DNA of 63,082 bases, counting the filler, from Reticulomyxa filosa (taxonomy: Eukaryota; Protista; Foraminifera), in the NCBI GenBank assembly GCA_000512085.1. It is 17 parts of 17 records of this genome, joined end to end, with 100 filler letters (N's around TTAATTAATTAA, not from the genome) between each part and the next. Parts side by side here need not be neighbours in the genome. Positions count along the whole stretch, not along the records: positions 20,672 to 25,385 come from ASPP01001203.1; positions 25,486 to 31,029 come from ASPP01004262.1; positions 31,130 to 32,538 come from ASPP01012464.1; positions 32,639 to 40,594 come from ASPP01011399.1; 13 more parts are not named here. One strand, given 5' to 3'. Under the pieces are notes generated by a model that made no database searches, was not told where the DNA came from, and was given only the letters and a program-made list of their open reading frames with translations. Each line of letters starts with the position of its first letter. Position 1 is the stretch's first letter. Below, one piece after another: positions 24,446 through 36,153 of this stretch. Position numbers and translations under genes: made by a program.

Positions 24446-25385
24446 ATGTCTGCTTATACATCCAAAGTATTTGGAAAGAATTTCAAAGAAATAACGAATA
24501 GACAGGGCCGGAAAAATCTTGGCAAAAGTACATTGGAAATACTTGAGAAGGGATACTACACGAGCAAACAAGGAGAAAAAGTAGATATCCGCTTGCCTTT
24601 GGAAAAGTCGATAAAAGAAACGACTTTAATTGGTGAAGAGAATTTTGTATACCAGCATGCACTAAAAAAAGACAAATGGAATCCAAAGGAGATGCTTGTG
24701 GACGTGACACATGAGACAACATTGGAAGCAGCGTATCGATTGAAAGTGACCCAGAACATCCGGAACGTGACATTGTTGAGTTTTGCCTCAGCCAAAAACC
24801 CAGGTTGTGTAAACGAACAAATGAATATGGAGCATATATTGTATTTTGTTGTTGAAATGAGAAGCTGAAAAAAAGAGATTTGGTATGTTATTGAAAAACA
24901 ATAAGGTGGCGGATTTTTAGGAGGATCGCAAGCACAGGTGTTGATAAAAAAAGAAAATAATAATAATAAAAAAAAAATAATAATAATAAAACTTTTTTTT
25001 TTAAAAAAAAAGGAAGAGTCACTTGCGCGAAGTGGTGGATTGTATCACACATTGACAAAATATCAAAACGATTTTTATAATCATCATAAAAAAATCAAGT
25101 CGTTGGTGTATTCACATAAGATAATATTTTCTCCAAATGTGCCATTCATTCGTAACGACAATGGAGATTTGTTAGATGCATTTTATTCGTGTAATGTTAT
25201 CACTTGTGCTGCAGTGAATGCAGGGTACGTGAAGAAAAATTATACCGATATCAAATTGGCCAATGAATATATCTTTACGACCATGAAAGAAAGGATTCGA
25301 AGAATACTGGAGGTTGCATTACGATGTAACACTGACGCTTTGATTTTGGGTGCTTGGGGCTGTGGTGTCTTTCGAAACTCGCCTG
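24446..25385 (+). CDS. Bacterial-type poly(ADP-ribose) glycohydrolase (TIGR02452/DUF2263 macrodomain), 3' truncated
   Basis: Exons 24446-24803, 24906-24937 and 25013 onward splice to SFASAKNPGGGFLGGSQAQEESLARSGGLY (GGG-x6-QEE catalytic loop). Also IFSPNVPFIR, VITCAAVN and LILGAWGCGVFRNSP. Confidence 0.93.
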
Positions 25386-26358
25386 NNNNNNNNNNNNNNN
25401 NNNNNNNNNNNNNNNNNNNNNNNNNNNNNTTAATTAATTAANNNNNNNNNNNNNNNNNNNNNNNNNNNNNNNNNNNNNNNNNNNNTTGATGAGTTTTAAT
25501 TCTCAATTCTGAATACTTTGGAAGAAAACGTATCGTACGGTGTTCTGAAGAGAAAAAATTATTTGAATAAAAATGTAATATTTGATGTGATTACCATTTT
25601 GTTTGTTTTTATTGTTTATAGGTAGCAAAAATGTTTGATCCAACAAATGAGCATTCGCAAAAGAAATGTTGTGGTGCGAAAAAAGGTGCGTGATTTTGTT
25701 TTGATATGTAATTTTCTTTGTCTACGTTAATTCAATGAAGAACCTTTAGCGCATTGAACCTAGTGATATGACATCTTTCTGATTTTTTTTTAAGAAATAA
25801 AAATCCTGACAAAAAACAAATTTAACCAAAGTTATTTTGTTGAAAATTATATATGTTTATCGATGAAAATGACCCTCAATTTTTTAAAATTCAAATGAAG
25901 CATCAAGCAATCAAAATTTTCAAAAATTACAATTGTTTTCATGTTTTTCAAAACATATATTTAAAACTGATTTGTTTTTTATGGAAAAATTCTAATTATT
26001 TAAAAAGATATTTATTGGTATAATATTTTTTGAAAAATATCTTTTGTTTATTTGCAATATTTAATCACGCAAAGTTTTTTTCAGATGAAATTAACAATTT
26101 ACTCTATTTTTTAAATATAACCGAAATCCTGAAAAAATTATTGTATGATTTGAATACAATTATGAATATTTTTTTACGAGCCGAAAAGTTTCAATTGTGC
26201 CTGTAAGTCCACGCAATTGACAAAGTAGACAAACTTATTTATCTAAAGAAAGGCAAATTCACGGTAACAACTTACAAAATCCCTTTGCCTTATTCCTGCA
26301 TTATGTTTTATTTACAAATCTATCATGACATTACGAGAGCTTTTTTGTTTATAGAGAC

Positions 26359-28080
26359 ATGTCATGTGACTACGTACGTCAGATTGAGCAATATCCTGAT
26401 GTTTACTCGAGTGAAAATGAAAGTGAATTAACAGGGAACGATGACAAAAATGTTCAACCTGCTTTCAATGCGAGTAAAGAGATATCCGGGCAATTACAAA
26501 GCCTAACTTCCAATGAAGTGTATGACCGAGCTCAAAATGTGAATAATATTTTTGAACCCCACATGCAAGCAGAGAATTGGGAGAAGTTTAAAAAAAATCT
26601 TTTAAAAGAAAACAATATCGACACGTTCAATCTTCCGCCTAAAAGCAGTCGACAAAAATCGATGGATCGATGCCCAAAAAAAGTGTTGACGAGGCCGAAG
26701 ATGTTTTCTCAGAAAACAACAGAGTCATTAGAAAGTGGAGGGGACAGCCAAATGGACATGTCGAGTGACTCGGATTCAGAAGAAGAAAGGATATCAAACA
26801 AAAGGGTGATAGCGAACAAAGTAAGAGAAGAAAACTGCAAAAACTTGTTAAAAAATTTGGAATATTTGGACCAAATGGCCTTGACTCGATGCCTTCAACT
26901 TGACCTATCTGAGTGTGCCAATTTTACAGAGCCCACACACGTGCTATCAGCAAAAGCCGACTTGCAGCGCTTGAACAGCGAATTTGCAAGTGCAGTAGAA
27001 AAAGGTGAGTTGAAAACATTGTTAACCGAGTTGTCAACAAGATTTGTCATTTTACAAATCCGAGGCATTACCTACTCGGACTTTCAATGGGACGCCCGAG
27101 GGCGACGTTTTCATCGTAAGCTAGATGAAATTGACCAACCTCTGTTTTGCAACGCTGCTTATGAAGCAGCAGGTATTGACTTTAAAAAAGAGACAAGCCG
27201 TCAGGCAATCCGAAAAAGGTACTCGTGGACAAGAATGGTACTTCAAGGGGAAGCAGAACGTATTAAACAATTTTTGATTGGTTTAAGACAACGAAAAAAC
27301 GTTCAGTATCAAGGCAAGACATATGGAACTGATGCTGATGTCTTAGAGGAAATTTACACAAATGAGTATGGTAAGTTTCGAGATGGCAACCCTCACATCT
27401 CAACTTCGGATCGTCCCTACCATGCCCTGCGGTATGCATATGGCTTTGAACAAGAGCATCTGCACCCTTGCTGGGACGAAAACGGGCAAGCACAACGTGG
27501 CAAATCCGGAAAGGTTTACCTTTCTGTTCATCCTTTGACCGACTACGGCAAGCACGGTCCTTTGTCTATCACTGATATGGTTTGGAACGGCCGAGTTTCC
27601 GCAAACTCGTTCATTACCTCAACCCGAGAAACCACTTTCCCCGGCTATCTACCGGCCGGACGGGTGAAATATGTCCACATTGCAAAATACCCATCTTTTC
27701 ATCGTCCTTACAAAAAAATATTCAAAGCGAAGTATGGATTGAATAAGGAATTATATGAGCTTTTCAAGAAGGCCGTTTTAAAAACTGCACTCACCCCTCT
27801 TAACAAAAACGTTGAGCAACTTTTAGGAGAATGGCTTTCGGTTTATCACGAAGTGAAAATGATTGAGTGGGCAGAAAATTATGCCAAATCTCGCAATTTT
27901 GTTTTTGTTTACAGACAACCTGGAGGCAAATTTTCTTTTAAACTACCACCCGATCCACAACTTTCGAATGTAGAGACTTTCCAAGAACTTAAACAAAAGA
28001 AAAAACCACATGAAGATAAAAAATCAGAATTGGTAAGTATATTTGAAAGCTCAGACCTTAAACACAGAACATCACTATGA
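26359..28080 (+). CDS. Intronless 573-aa protein with putative ADP-ribosyltransferase (R-S-E type) toxin-like domain
   Basis: Uninterrupted 1.7-kb ORF. Motifs in order: VILQIRG (R235), NPHISTS (S348-T-S350), HALRYA, GKVYLS, STRETTFPGYLP (E424). The ORF is certain; the function is inferred. Confidence 0.55.
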   Translation: MSCDYVRQIEQYPDVYSSENESELTGNDDKNVQPAFNASKEISGQLQSLTSNEVYDRAQNVNNIFEPHMQAENWEKFKKNLLKENNIDTFNLPPKSSRQKSMDRCPKKVLTRPKMFSQKTTESLESGGDSQMDMSSDSDSEEERISNKRVIANKVREENCKNLLKNLEYLDQMALTRCLQLDLSECANFTEPTHVLSAKADLQRLNSEFASAVEKGELKTLLTELSTRFVILQIRGITYSDFQWDARGRRFHRKLDEIDQPLFCNAAYEAAGIDFKKETSRQAIRKRYSWTRMVLQGEAERIKQFLIGLRQRKNVQYQGKTYGTDADVLEEIYTNEYGKFRDGNPHISTSDRPYHALRYAYGFEQEHLHPCWDENGQAQRGKSGKVYLSVHPLTDYGKHGPLSITDMVWNGRVSANSFITSTRETTFPGYLPAGRVKYVHIAKYPSFHRPYKKIFKAKYGLNKELYELFKKAVLKTALTPLNKNVEQLLGEWLSVYHEVKMIEWAENYAKSRNFVFVYRQPGGKFSFKLPPDPQLSNVETFQELKQKKKPHEDKKSELVSIFESSDLKHRTSL

Positions 28081-28757
28081 AATTTAAAAATAACAACATA
28101 CACTAGCAAAATAATAATTATGTTCGTCTGTCGAAGTCTTTTAATTTTGTGATTTAAATGTAAAAATGTCATATTATATTTAAACAACATATTTTGTTCA
28201 CACTGTAATTTTTAATTGAATTTCAACTACGGATTCGTTTGATGCAAATTAATAAATTGTCAACTTTTCATGATCTTCTTGAAAGTTACTTACAGTTTTT
28301 ATATCTATGCAAATGCATTAAAAAAGAAAAACTTATTACCTTAATAAGGACTATTAAAATCCTTTGCGGAATAATGTTTTATTTTAATACGGATTTGTCA
28401 AAATTCACATGTTAATTACAGGCTCCAAAGTAATCAAAAAATCTTCCGTTGTTCAAAGAAATAGTAACAATCAAAAACCTCAGAACAGCAATAAAATCGT
28501 AATATAATAAGTTATGCTTGCAATGTGCTGCCTTTTTTTTGTGTGGCAGTCAAAATATCCGATATTTTTGATACAGTTGACTATTTAAAAATGTATTCTA
28601 TTATTCTGTGGCTATCTTACAAAGCTCCTATTAATTTTGACTGTTGTAGAATAATGAATTGGCCTTAATTGGAGAAAATACACTAAATGAAGAAAGACTT
28701 TTTGAGGGTTCAAAGTTTTTTAAAAATTCGTGAAGAAATACGTAATAAAAAAAGATC

Positions 28758-30180
28758 ATGAGACAACTCTACTCCCTTTCTGGAAAGGTGTTATCAAAGA
28801 ATTCTATCCATTCAAATACTGTCACTTTCTCAAGTCGTCATGTAACATACGGATTTATTGGCCTTGGACAAATGGGAGGGCGAATGGCCAAAAACTTGCT
28901 GACAAAATCGAAGCAGCCATTAGTGGTATATGACAAAGTTGCAGACGCATGCAAAGAAGTGAAGACATTGGGAGCGAAAGTGGCAAGTACACCACGAGGC
29001 GTGGCAGAGCAAGCCGACGTGATCATCACCATGTTGCGAGCCGATGATCAAGGTATTTTTTTTTTTTTTTTGAAAAAAAAAGAAGATATAAACAATAAGT
29101 TGACAATTTGATTGGGTGACAAATGTTTGTACAAAGTGTTGTCGTGTTATACCGATGAAAAGGACGGCATAACAAAAAGTGTAAAAAAAGATGCATTATT
29201 GATCGATTCCTCCACCGTCAACTACCTCACCACCAAGTTGGAAGCGTCACAATCTCTCGGCACACATTTTGTTGTGTTTGTTAACAAACTATCAAATTGA
29301 CGACATCTTTTTTTTTTTTTTTTTTTTAATTTAACAGAAAATTGGTAGAGAAATTTGGAAGTGCACACCCCGGCGTACAAATAATTGATGCTCCAGTGTC
29401 GGGTGGCATTGGAGGTAAGAAAATCTTGCAATTTTTTTTTTAAAAAAAGGGGTTAGGTTGTGTGTGTGTGGGAAGGGCAGAACCTGGGAACAAAAAAAAA
29501 AAAAAAAAAAAAAAGCTGCTGAAGCAGGCTCGTTGACATTCATGTGCGGTGGCCCAAAGACGTCGTTTGAGCACGCAGAAAAAGTATTGAAATACATGGG
29601 TGCGAAAATCTTTCACTGCGGAGAACAGCCAGGATCTGGTCAGATTGTCAAAATTTGCAACAATCTAATTTTGGCAATTTCGATGGATGCCGTTAGCGAA
29701 GGAATGAACCTGGGTGTCAAATTAGGTTTGTTCATTCGCTTTGTCGAACATTTCTTTCTTTCTTCCGGAACGTGAGTTGTTTTATTGATGAGAATATTTG
29801 TGTATATATGTGTATGTGTGTGTGGGGGGGGGGGGGGTTTTTGTGCAAGGATAGGCATTGATGCGAACAAATTGGCAGAGATAGTGAATGTATCTAGTGG
29901 CAGATGCTGGAGCAGTGATACTTATAATCCTTGCCCTGGCGTGTTCCCAAAAGTGCCTTCTTCAAATCAGTACAAAGGAGGATTCGCCATCGATTTGATG
30001 AGAAAAGACTTGCAACTGGCCTTGCAAGCTGCACACTCGGTTAATGCTTCTACTCCTTTAGGCATCAATGTCAAACAATTGTATGATATGATCTCTACTC
30101 GTGGGCATGGAGATAAAGATTTTTCTTTCCTTTATCAGTTTGTCAAAGGTACTGAAAGTAACTCTCCTTATGGAGCTTAA
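28758..30180 (+). CDS. HIBADH: 3-hydroxyisobutyrate dehydrogenase, mitochondrial, multi-exon
   Basis: GFIGLGQMGGRMAKNL, LLIDSSTV, spliced DAPVSGGIG|AAEAGSLTFMCGG, GSGQIVKICNNL, SSGRCWSSDTYNPCPGV, GGFAIDLMRKDLQLA, KDFS. Basic N-terminal presequence. Confidence 0.96.
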
Positions 30181-31129
30181 TTTTTTTTTTTTTTTTTGGT
30201 GCATCGTTGTGTTTGTTGTTATCTTATGCCACAAAAAGTGGTCATCTTTTCAACATCACTTCATTTTTCATGCAATCAAATTCAAAGTACATATCCTGTC
30301 TGTAAAAATATAACACTCAAACAAAACATTAGAAATATTAAAATTTTCAAGTCTATGATTTAACAATTTTAATCAAAGAATAAAAAAATCGATTTTAATT
30401 TTCTTTAATGTGGACTCTGCCAGATAATAATTGTAAGTTTTCAGTTTAAGTTTGCTCTTCAAACGCAAGTGTACAGGATATTTATAAAAGGAAGTTGCTA
30501 GAACATGGAAAGTGTTTAACACCTTATTGAACAACCAAATTCTACTTGAAAATATTGAAAGGTCCACATCACTATGAAACTCGTTTGTAAAGTTGAGGCA
30601 TTGGCCTTATAAAAAAAGCTGCAGAAAAACAAGAAAAATGTAATACAAGCTGACCAATATCACGAAACAACACAAAATAAAAAAAAAAAAGAGAAAGGAA
30701 AAGAAAAAAAAAACACACCCTAATTTTAAGGAAGAAAAAAAAAATACAAGGGAAATAAGTGGCTTTGAAAGCACCTAAACCAATTTCAACGTTGCAATGA
30801 TGCTTTTTTTTTAATGTATCAGCGACATAATATGAAAATAAACACACCACAATACAAACAAAATGGCCATCACAAGAAACTCACAAAGCTCCAATTTCCC
30901 AACAAATTCACTCTACAAAAAGATCACTAAAAAAAGAAAAAAAAATAAAATAAAAAATAGAGCATAAACAAAAAAAAAAAAAAAAAAAAAAGAATAATAA
31001 CCATACAAATTTCTTTTTTTTTTTTTTTTNNNNNNNNNNNNNNNNNNNNNNNNNNNNNNNNNNNNNNNNNNNNTTAATTAATTAANNNNNNNNNNNNNNN
31101 NNNNNNNNNNNNNNNNNNNNNNNNNNNNN

Positions 31130-32538
31130 TTTTTTTTTTTTTGTCGCCATTGTAGGGAATGCACTCCGTCCATGTATTTGAAAGCACTGTTCGACGATAA
31201 CAGCAAAATAAGAGAGTACCTCGAAATGCTTTGCGATTCTCGGACGACATTGATTGACCAACGAATGTTCGTCAACGACTTGATGACATTGGTGCAACGG
31301 ATAATACTCCCGAGCCAATCGGCCATTCCAAGCTCGAATGAACTGAATGCGTTTGCACAGTCGCTGTGCGTGCGATTGCAAAACAACTTGTTCAGCAACG
31401 ACATGATCCCACATTTGCTGCAAAAAATTATAGAAATGCTCACCCAAAAGCGATGCTCGAAGGCCTTGCTCTGTTCCGGCGTGTATCTCTTGGACCAACT
31501 GTCGACGCACCACTCTGCCGCCATCTTCGCCCATGCAAACACCATCGAGCTGTTGATGCAGCTGTTCAGTCACAAGAAGAAGTATCACATCGACCTGAAG
31601 AACAACTCGGAAGTAGTCCAGTCTTCGGATCAAGCCACATATGACAGGATCGAGACCATTGATATCTCCTTTGTTGCCTTGAAGATTTTGACCAATTGTT
31701 CCAAATTGCGTTCTGTCTTGGAGCCTACTGAGTTTTGTTTGTTTGTTTTTTTATTAAAAATATTTTTACATATATGCATATACATATATATATATATATA
31801 TATATATGTATATGCATATATGTAATAATTTTGTTGGTGATAGGAGTTTTATCTCAGAATTGGAGGACAATGCAAAACATGGCGATTCCAAAGTTGCTTT
31901 GCTGGCTGCAGAATGCTTCATTCGATTGCAGCCACAGAGTTCGCGTGCCATTGACAAATTGTGTCAAGTTGCGCTTTTTCACATTTGCTTGCTCATTCTT
32001 TTATTTATGTTTTTATTTTTATTTTTTTGATGGTGCATTTAATGCGGACAGCATATATAACACTATGTGCCTGACAACATTACAGTACTGCTGCAATGAA
32101 TTAGACATCAACAACATCAATCTGCCAACGGCTTTGGCAACTCTGTCCGTAATTGTCAAACTGTCTCCAAACACCTTTTATCCCAAGGCCATCTCCGTCA
32201 AAAAGTTCATATTCGAACTGCTCCTCCCTATCGTCTCCTCTCCTGAAACGATCGACACAGACGTCGTGATGAACGAAAGGCACTACCCTGATAGTCTGTC
32301 AATCCAACAAAGCAAAGAGTTTGGCCTCGACGTGTTGACCCACTACTTGCTGGCTTTGGCACAAGCCAAAAAAAGCACGTGCACAAACATTCATATTGGG
32401 CAAAACGACCACAAACCGGTCCTCAAAACATCAAGTCTGTTATGGATCCTACTTCCAAGTCAACTACTTTGGAAACACGTGGAGGTCAGTTTATATGCAC
32501 ATATATGTACATATACATATATAAACATATATATATAT
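31130..32538 (+). CDS. PDS5: HEAT-repeat protein, PDS5 (cohesin regulator)-like internal fragment
   Basis: LEDNAKHGDSKVALLAAECF...NLPTALATLSVIVKLSPNTF...VKKFIFELLL...QSKEFGLDVLTHYLLAL follows the order of PDS5 mid-region motifs. Both ends truncated. Confidence 0.6.
31766..31825. repeat. Perfect 60-bp purine/pyrimidine-alternating palindrome in an intron
   Basis: TTACATATATGCATATAC(AT)12GTATATGCATATATGTAA equals its own reverse complement, including the G/C positions. Confidence 0.95.
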
Positions 32539-32638
32539 NNNNNNNNNNNNNNNNNNNNNNNNNNNNNNNNNNNNNNNNNNNNTTAATTAATTAANNNNNN
32601 NNNNNNNNNNNNNNNNNNNNNNNNNNNNNNNNNNNNNN

Positions 32639-33986
32639 AAAAAAAAACATACCACACGTTGTATATGAAATTGCTTCGAATTTTGAGAAGACGAAAAAAA
32701 TGGGTTGTCAGAAAGTGGGGGTGATTTGGACTTTAGTTTGGCGATGGACACATTGGTGAATTTGTTCTTGTAATGTTTATAAAAGCGATGATTGGACAGA
32801 ATTGCAAAGTACAAACACAACGTCGTCAGCATTGGATTGTCGTATTGCTTCAGTTGATAATTTTTTGTTTTAATCTGTTTTTGTCTACGCAGATACTCGA
32901 TCGCCGTTTCGCAACGGCCATCAGTTGTATTTTTCAGCGATGAATTCGCCAAACCATTATTATTCGCGACAAAATCGTTCAAATACTCACGTGATGTCCA
33001 TTTCGCACATCGTTCAATAATCTTCAGCAACGACAAAAACTATTCGGATGTGGTTTGTTGTTGTAAAAAAAAAAAAAAAATAATAAATAAAAAATAGCAA
33101 TGATGTTTGTTTTTTTTTTTTCCTAACCAAATCAGAAGAAGGATGTTTCATTAAAAACTGGCAAAAAGTTTGTAACACATCAAACAACCATTTGTCTACT
33201 CTCTCACAATTTGCATTCTCCACCTATTTTTTTTTTTTTTTGTATGGCAAGCAAATGTGACAAGATTGATCTTAGAGAACTAAACGTGAGTAAAAAAAAA
33301 AAGATTGGTATATGTATATATATATCATAATACGCATACAATGTCCAAAGCAGCAGAGGCAAAATCCTCCAACTTTTGACGGTAAATAGTGACCGACGAG
33401 TGATGGAGATGTTCCGTTTCCGATTCACATTGAATTTCGGCCTTTTGCTCGTCGGATTGTTGTGACGAGGAACGGGAGCGGGAAAGCGAACGAGAATGAG
33501 ACAGGAAAAGACAGTTGTCCCAATCGAGCAAAGCCGTAGTACTTCGGAAGAAAGTGTCGATGGGAGAGGCGTTGATGTGATGAAAGAGGTCGAGCAAGTA
33601 GAGTCGATGTGAAGGCTGGGCCAAGACTGCGAAAAAAGGATCTCCAAGCATGGTGAATTGCGAAAACTCTTGAACAATGGATTTGCTCGCGCTTTCTTTT
33701 TTGAAAGCACACAAGTAATGCCACATTCGAATGGACCAAACGTTTGAATATGGATGGTCACAGCACGCGTGAAATGCTTTGAAAAATAAAGGATGGACGC
33801 TCTTGCCCTTGTCTTTGTCCAATGGTTTCTTCGACACACATTCCGGACATAAGAATAGCAGCACAAACAACAAGCGCCAAAGACGATAGGTGCGTGCAGA
33901 ACTGTTGTTATTTAAGTGCAAGATGCAATTCCACAATTGACATATCGGCTTATATCGCTCCGTCACAACACCACCACCACCACTGC

Positions 33987-34032
<46 letters not shown>

Positions 34033-34320
34033 GTTACTGTTACTATTGCTATTGCTGTCAGTTACACTGTCCTGGGAAAGGTCATTATCATTGTCATTGC
34101 CACCACCATTCTCTACATGGATCACCCAATCCAATCCCCCCACTATTGCGATGTAAATCAATACCACATGTTCTAACTCATTCACTGATTTATCTATATT
34201 TTTCATGCACTTGTCGAGTTGTGATCGCAACTCGATTAACTTTTTTTTAAATTTTTTTATTTTTTTTAAACATAACAACAACAAAGCAAAACAGTTCTAC
34301 AAAGCATTTAGATATCAAAT

Positions 34321-34360
<40 letters not shown>

Positions 34361-34868
34361 ATGTGTATATATTATATTTGTAAGTGTCTCTCTTTTTCTC
34401 CCTGCACTTGATTGACTCATTATTGTTTGGGTAAGTTACCAAAGGATGGGATTTTTTCATTCTGTGAATAAAGTCGAACATATATCGTTGGTATTGATTG
34501 GACTGCAACAGTTCCACCAATCGTGGAGCCAGTTCCCAGCTGCAACCACTCAATTGCTTCGAGTCCAACATCAGCTCGATATAGATATCCGACCCGATTT
34601 TTTTTGAGATTAAATACTCTTTTTTTATTTTTTTTTATTTTTAAGTTTTATAAAATTGATTGGTGGAGGGGAGAGGAGAGGAGAGAGGCAGGGAAAAAAA
34701 AAAAAAAAAGGAGTACTCTTTCTCAAAACAAACAAACAAACAAACAAACAAAAATGAAAAAGTAAACACTACAACGCAACAACATATATTGCCTTGAAGC
34801 ATTTGTGTAAAATTCCACGACAATTTTGCAATCGATTTAAGCGCAGTTCGCAATATTTCTTCACGTAA

Positions 34869-34924
<56 letters not shown>

Positions 34925-35293
34925 GAGGGAGTTTGTATTGATTGCATACACAAACGCATAAAAAAAAAAAAAGAGGTACTTTTTTGAACAGAGCCCAGTT
35001 GATCAACAAGTCGATGGAGGAATGTTTGGTGATAAAGTGATGGGAGATTGGCAGATACATAAATAATGGATTGGGCGTCAAAAATTTGCAAAATCAAATC
35101 CATGATAAATGACGCCGGCAATTTAAAGCGTGGCATATATAACATCAACAACGTGAAGTTTACTATCAATACTTTGTATCGACTTACAAATGTGCAAGAC
35201 GATGTTCCATTGTCATTTGGCCATATATCTGCCTACATATTAATATATACATATATGCGTATATATTTATATAAATATATAAATATGTACACA

Positions 35294-35334
<41 letters not shown>

Positions 35335-35872
35335 TTGTGCTCATGCTTCACACTTTTTTTTCTTTCGCAAAAAAAAAAACAAACAAAAAACTGACACACT
35401 GTCCGAATGACGATTTTTTGTTGTAATAACGAGTATATTCTTCTGTTAGAAATATAAATTGTTGCAACGGAGTTCCATTTTCAAACTGCTTTTGCAATGC
35501 ATTCTGCCCTTTTGGGTGCGCTTTCATCTGCTCGTTCGGATGCACTTTCACCTGCTCGCTCGGCTGCACTTTCATCTGCTCGCTCGGCTGTACTTTCATC
35601 TGCTCGTTCGGCTGCACTTTTGTCTGCTCATAGTGTGTCGAAGCCTGCTTCAAATTGCAGTACTTCACTAGTGGGAAAATTATTGAAGACAGTTTCCAAT
35701 GCTCACTAAACACGGTTCTAAAAAAATTTGATTCGTTGTCTATACCATGGCCGTGGTAACAATATATCAATATTAATTTCAACAGATACAATTCACATTC
35801 TTTTGACAGGCCAGTCAACGAATACCAGTCTTGCTCTTCTATTAAATCAAATACTGTCTTTTTGTATTGCAT
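32639..35872 (-). CDS. Large multi-exon hypothetical helical protein, 3' truncated
   Basis: Series of minus-strand coding-like frames (35348-35923, 34861-35169, 34320-34571, 33325-34284, 33014-33223, 32639-33036) separated by GT-AG introns with homopolymer and (AT)n tracts. No family recognised. Confidence 0.6.
35509..35629 (-). repeat. Five 24-bp coding tandem repeats (EQxKVQPx)
   Basis: EQTKVQPN EQMKVQPS EQMKVQPS EQVKVHPN EQMKAHPK. Confidence 0.9.
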
Positions 35873-36153
35873 TGATCTTCGTTCCTTTTTTTTTTTGATA
35901 TTATTATCTTTCAAAATAATCACTGTTAATCAACAAAAATCATCAGCGACATTTCCTGAACTTTTTTAACCCCTTTTATTAAAGAAAAAACGGCTTGTAA
36001 AATAATAAAAATTCACAAAATACAACACATTTTTTTTAGTAATTACCTACGAAAGTACAAACTCCAGTTTTTAAAATTTTTGTCTGTTGACAAAAGCGCC
36101 TCGTATTGGACCCAGAAAATTGACTTTTTTAACAGAGAATATCGAGCCCCCGT

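Noticed and set aside
24446-28080. PARG macrodomain next to an ART-like gene, plus an ARH at 46238-48458, looks like a writer/eraser or toxin-antitoxin ADP-ribosylation cluster
   Set aside because: An artificial linker at 25386-25485 separates PARG from the ART-like gene, and ARH is five contigs further on. No physical linkage is shown. It would revive only if scaffolding or long reads join the contigs.
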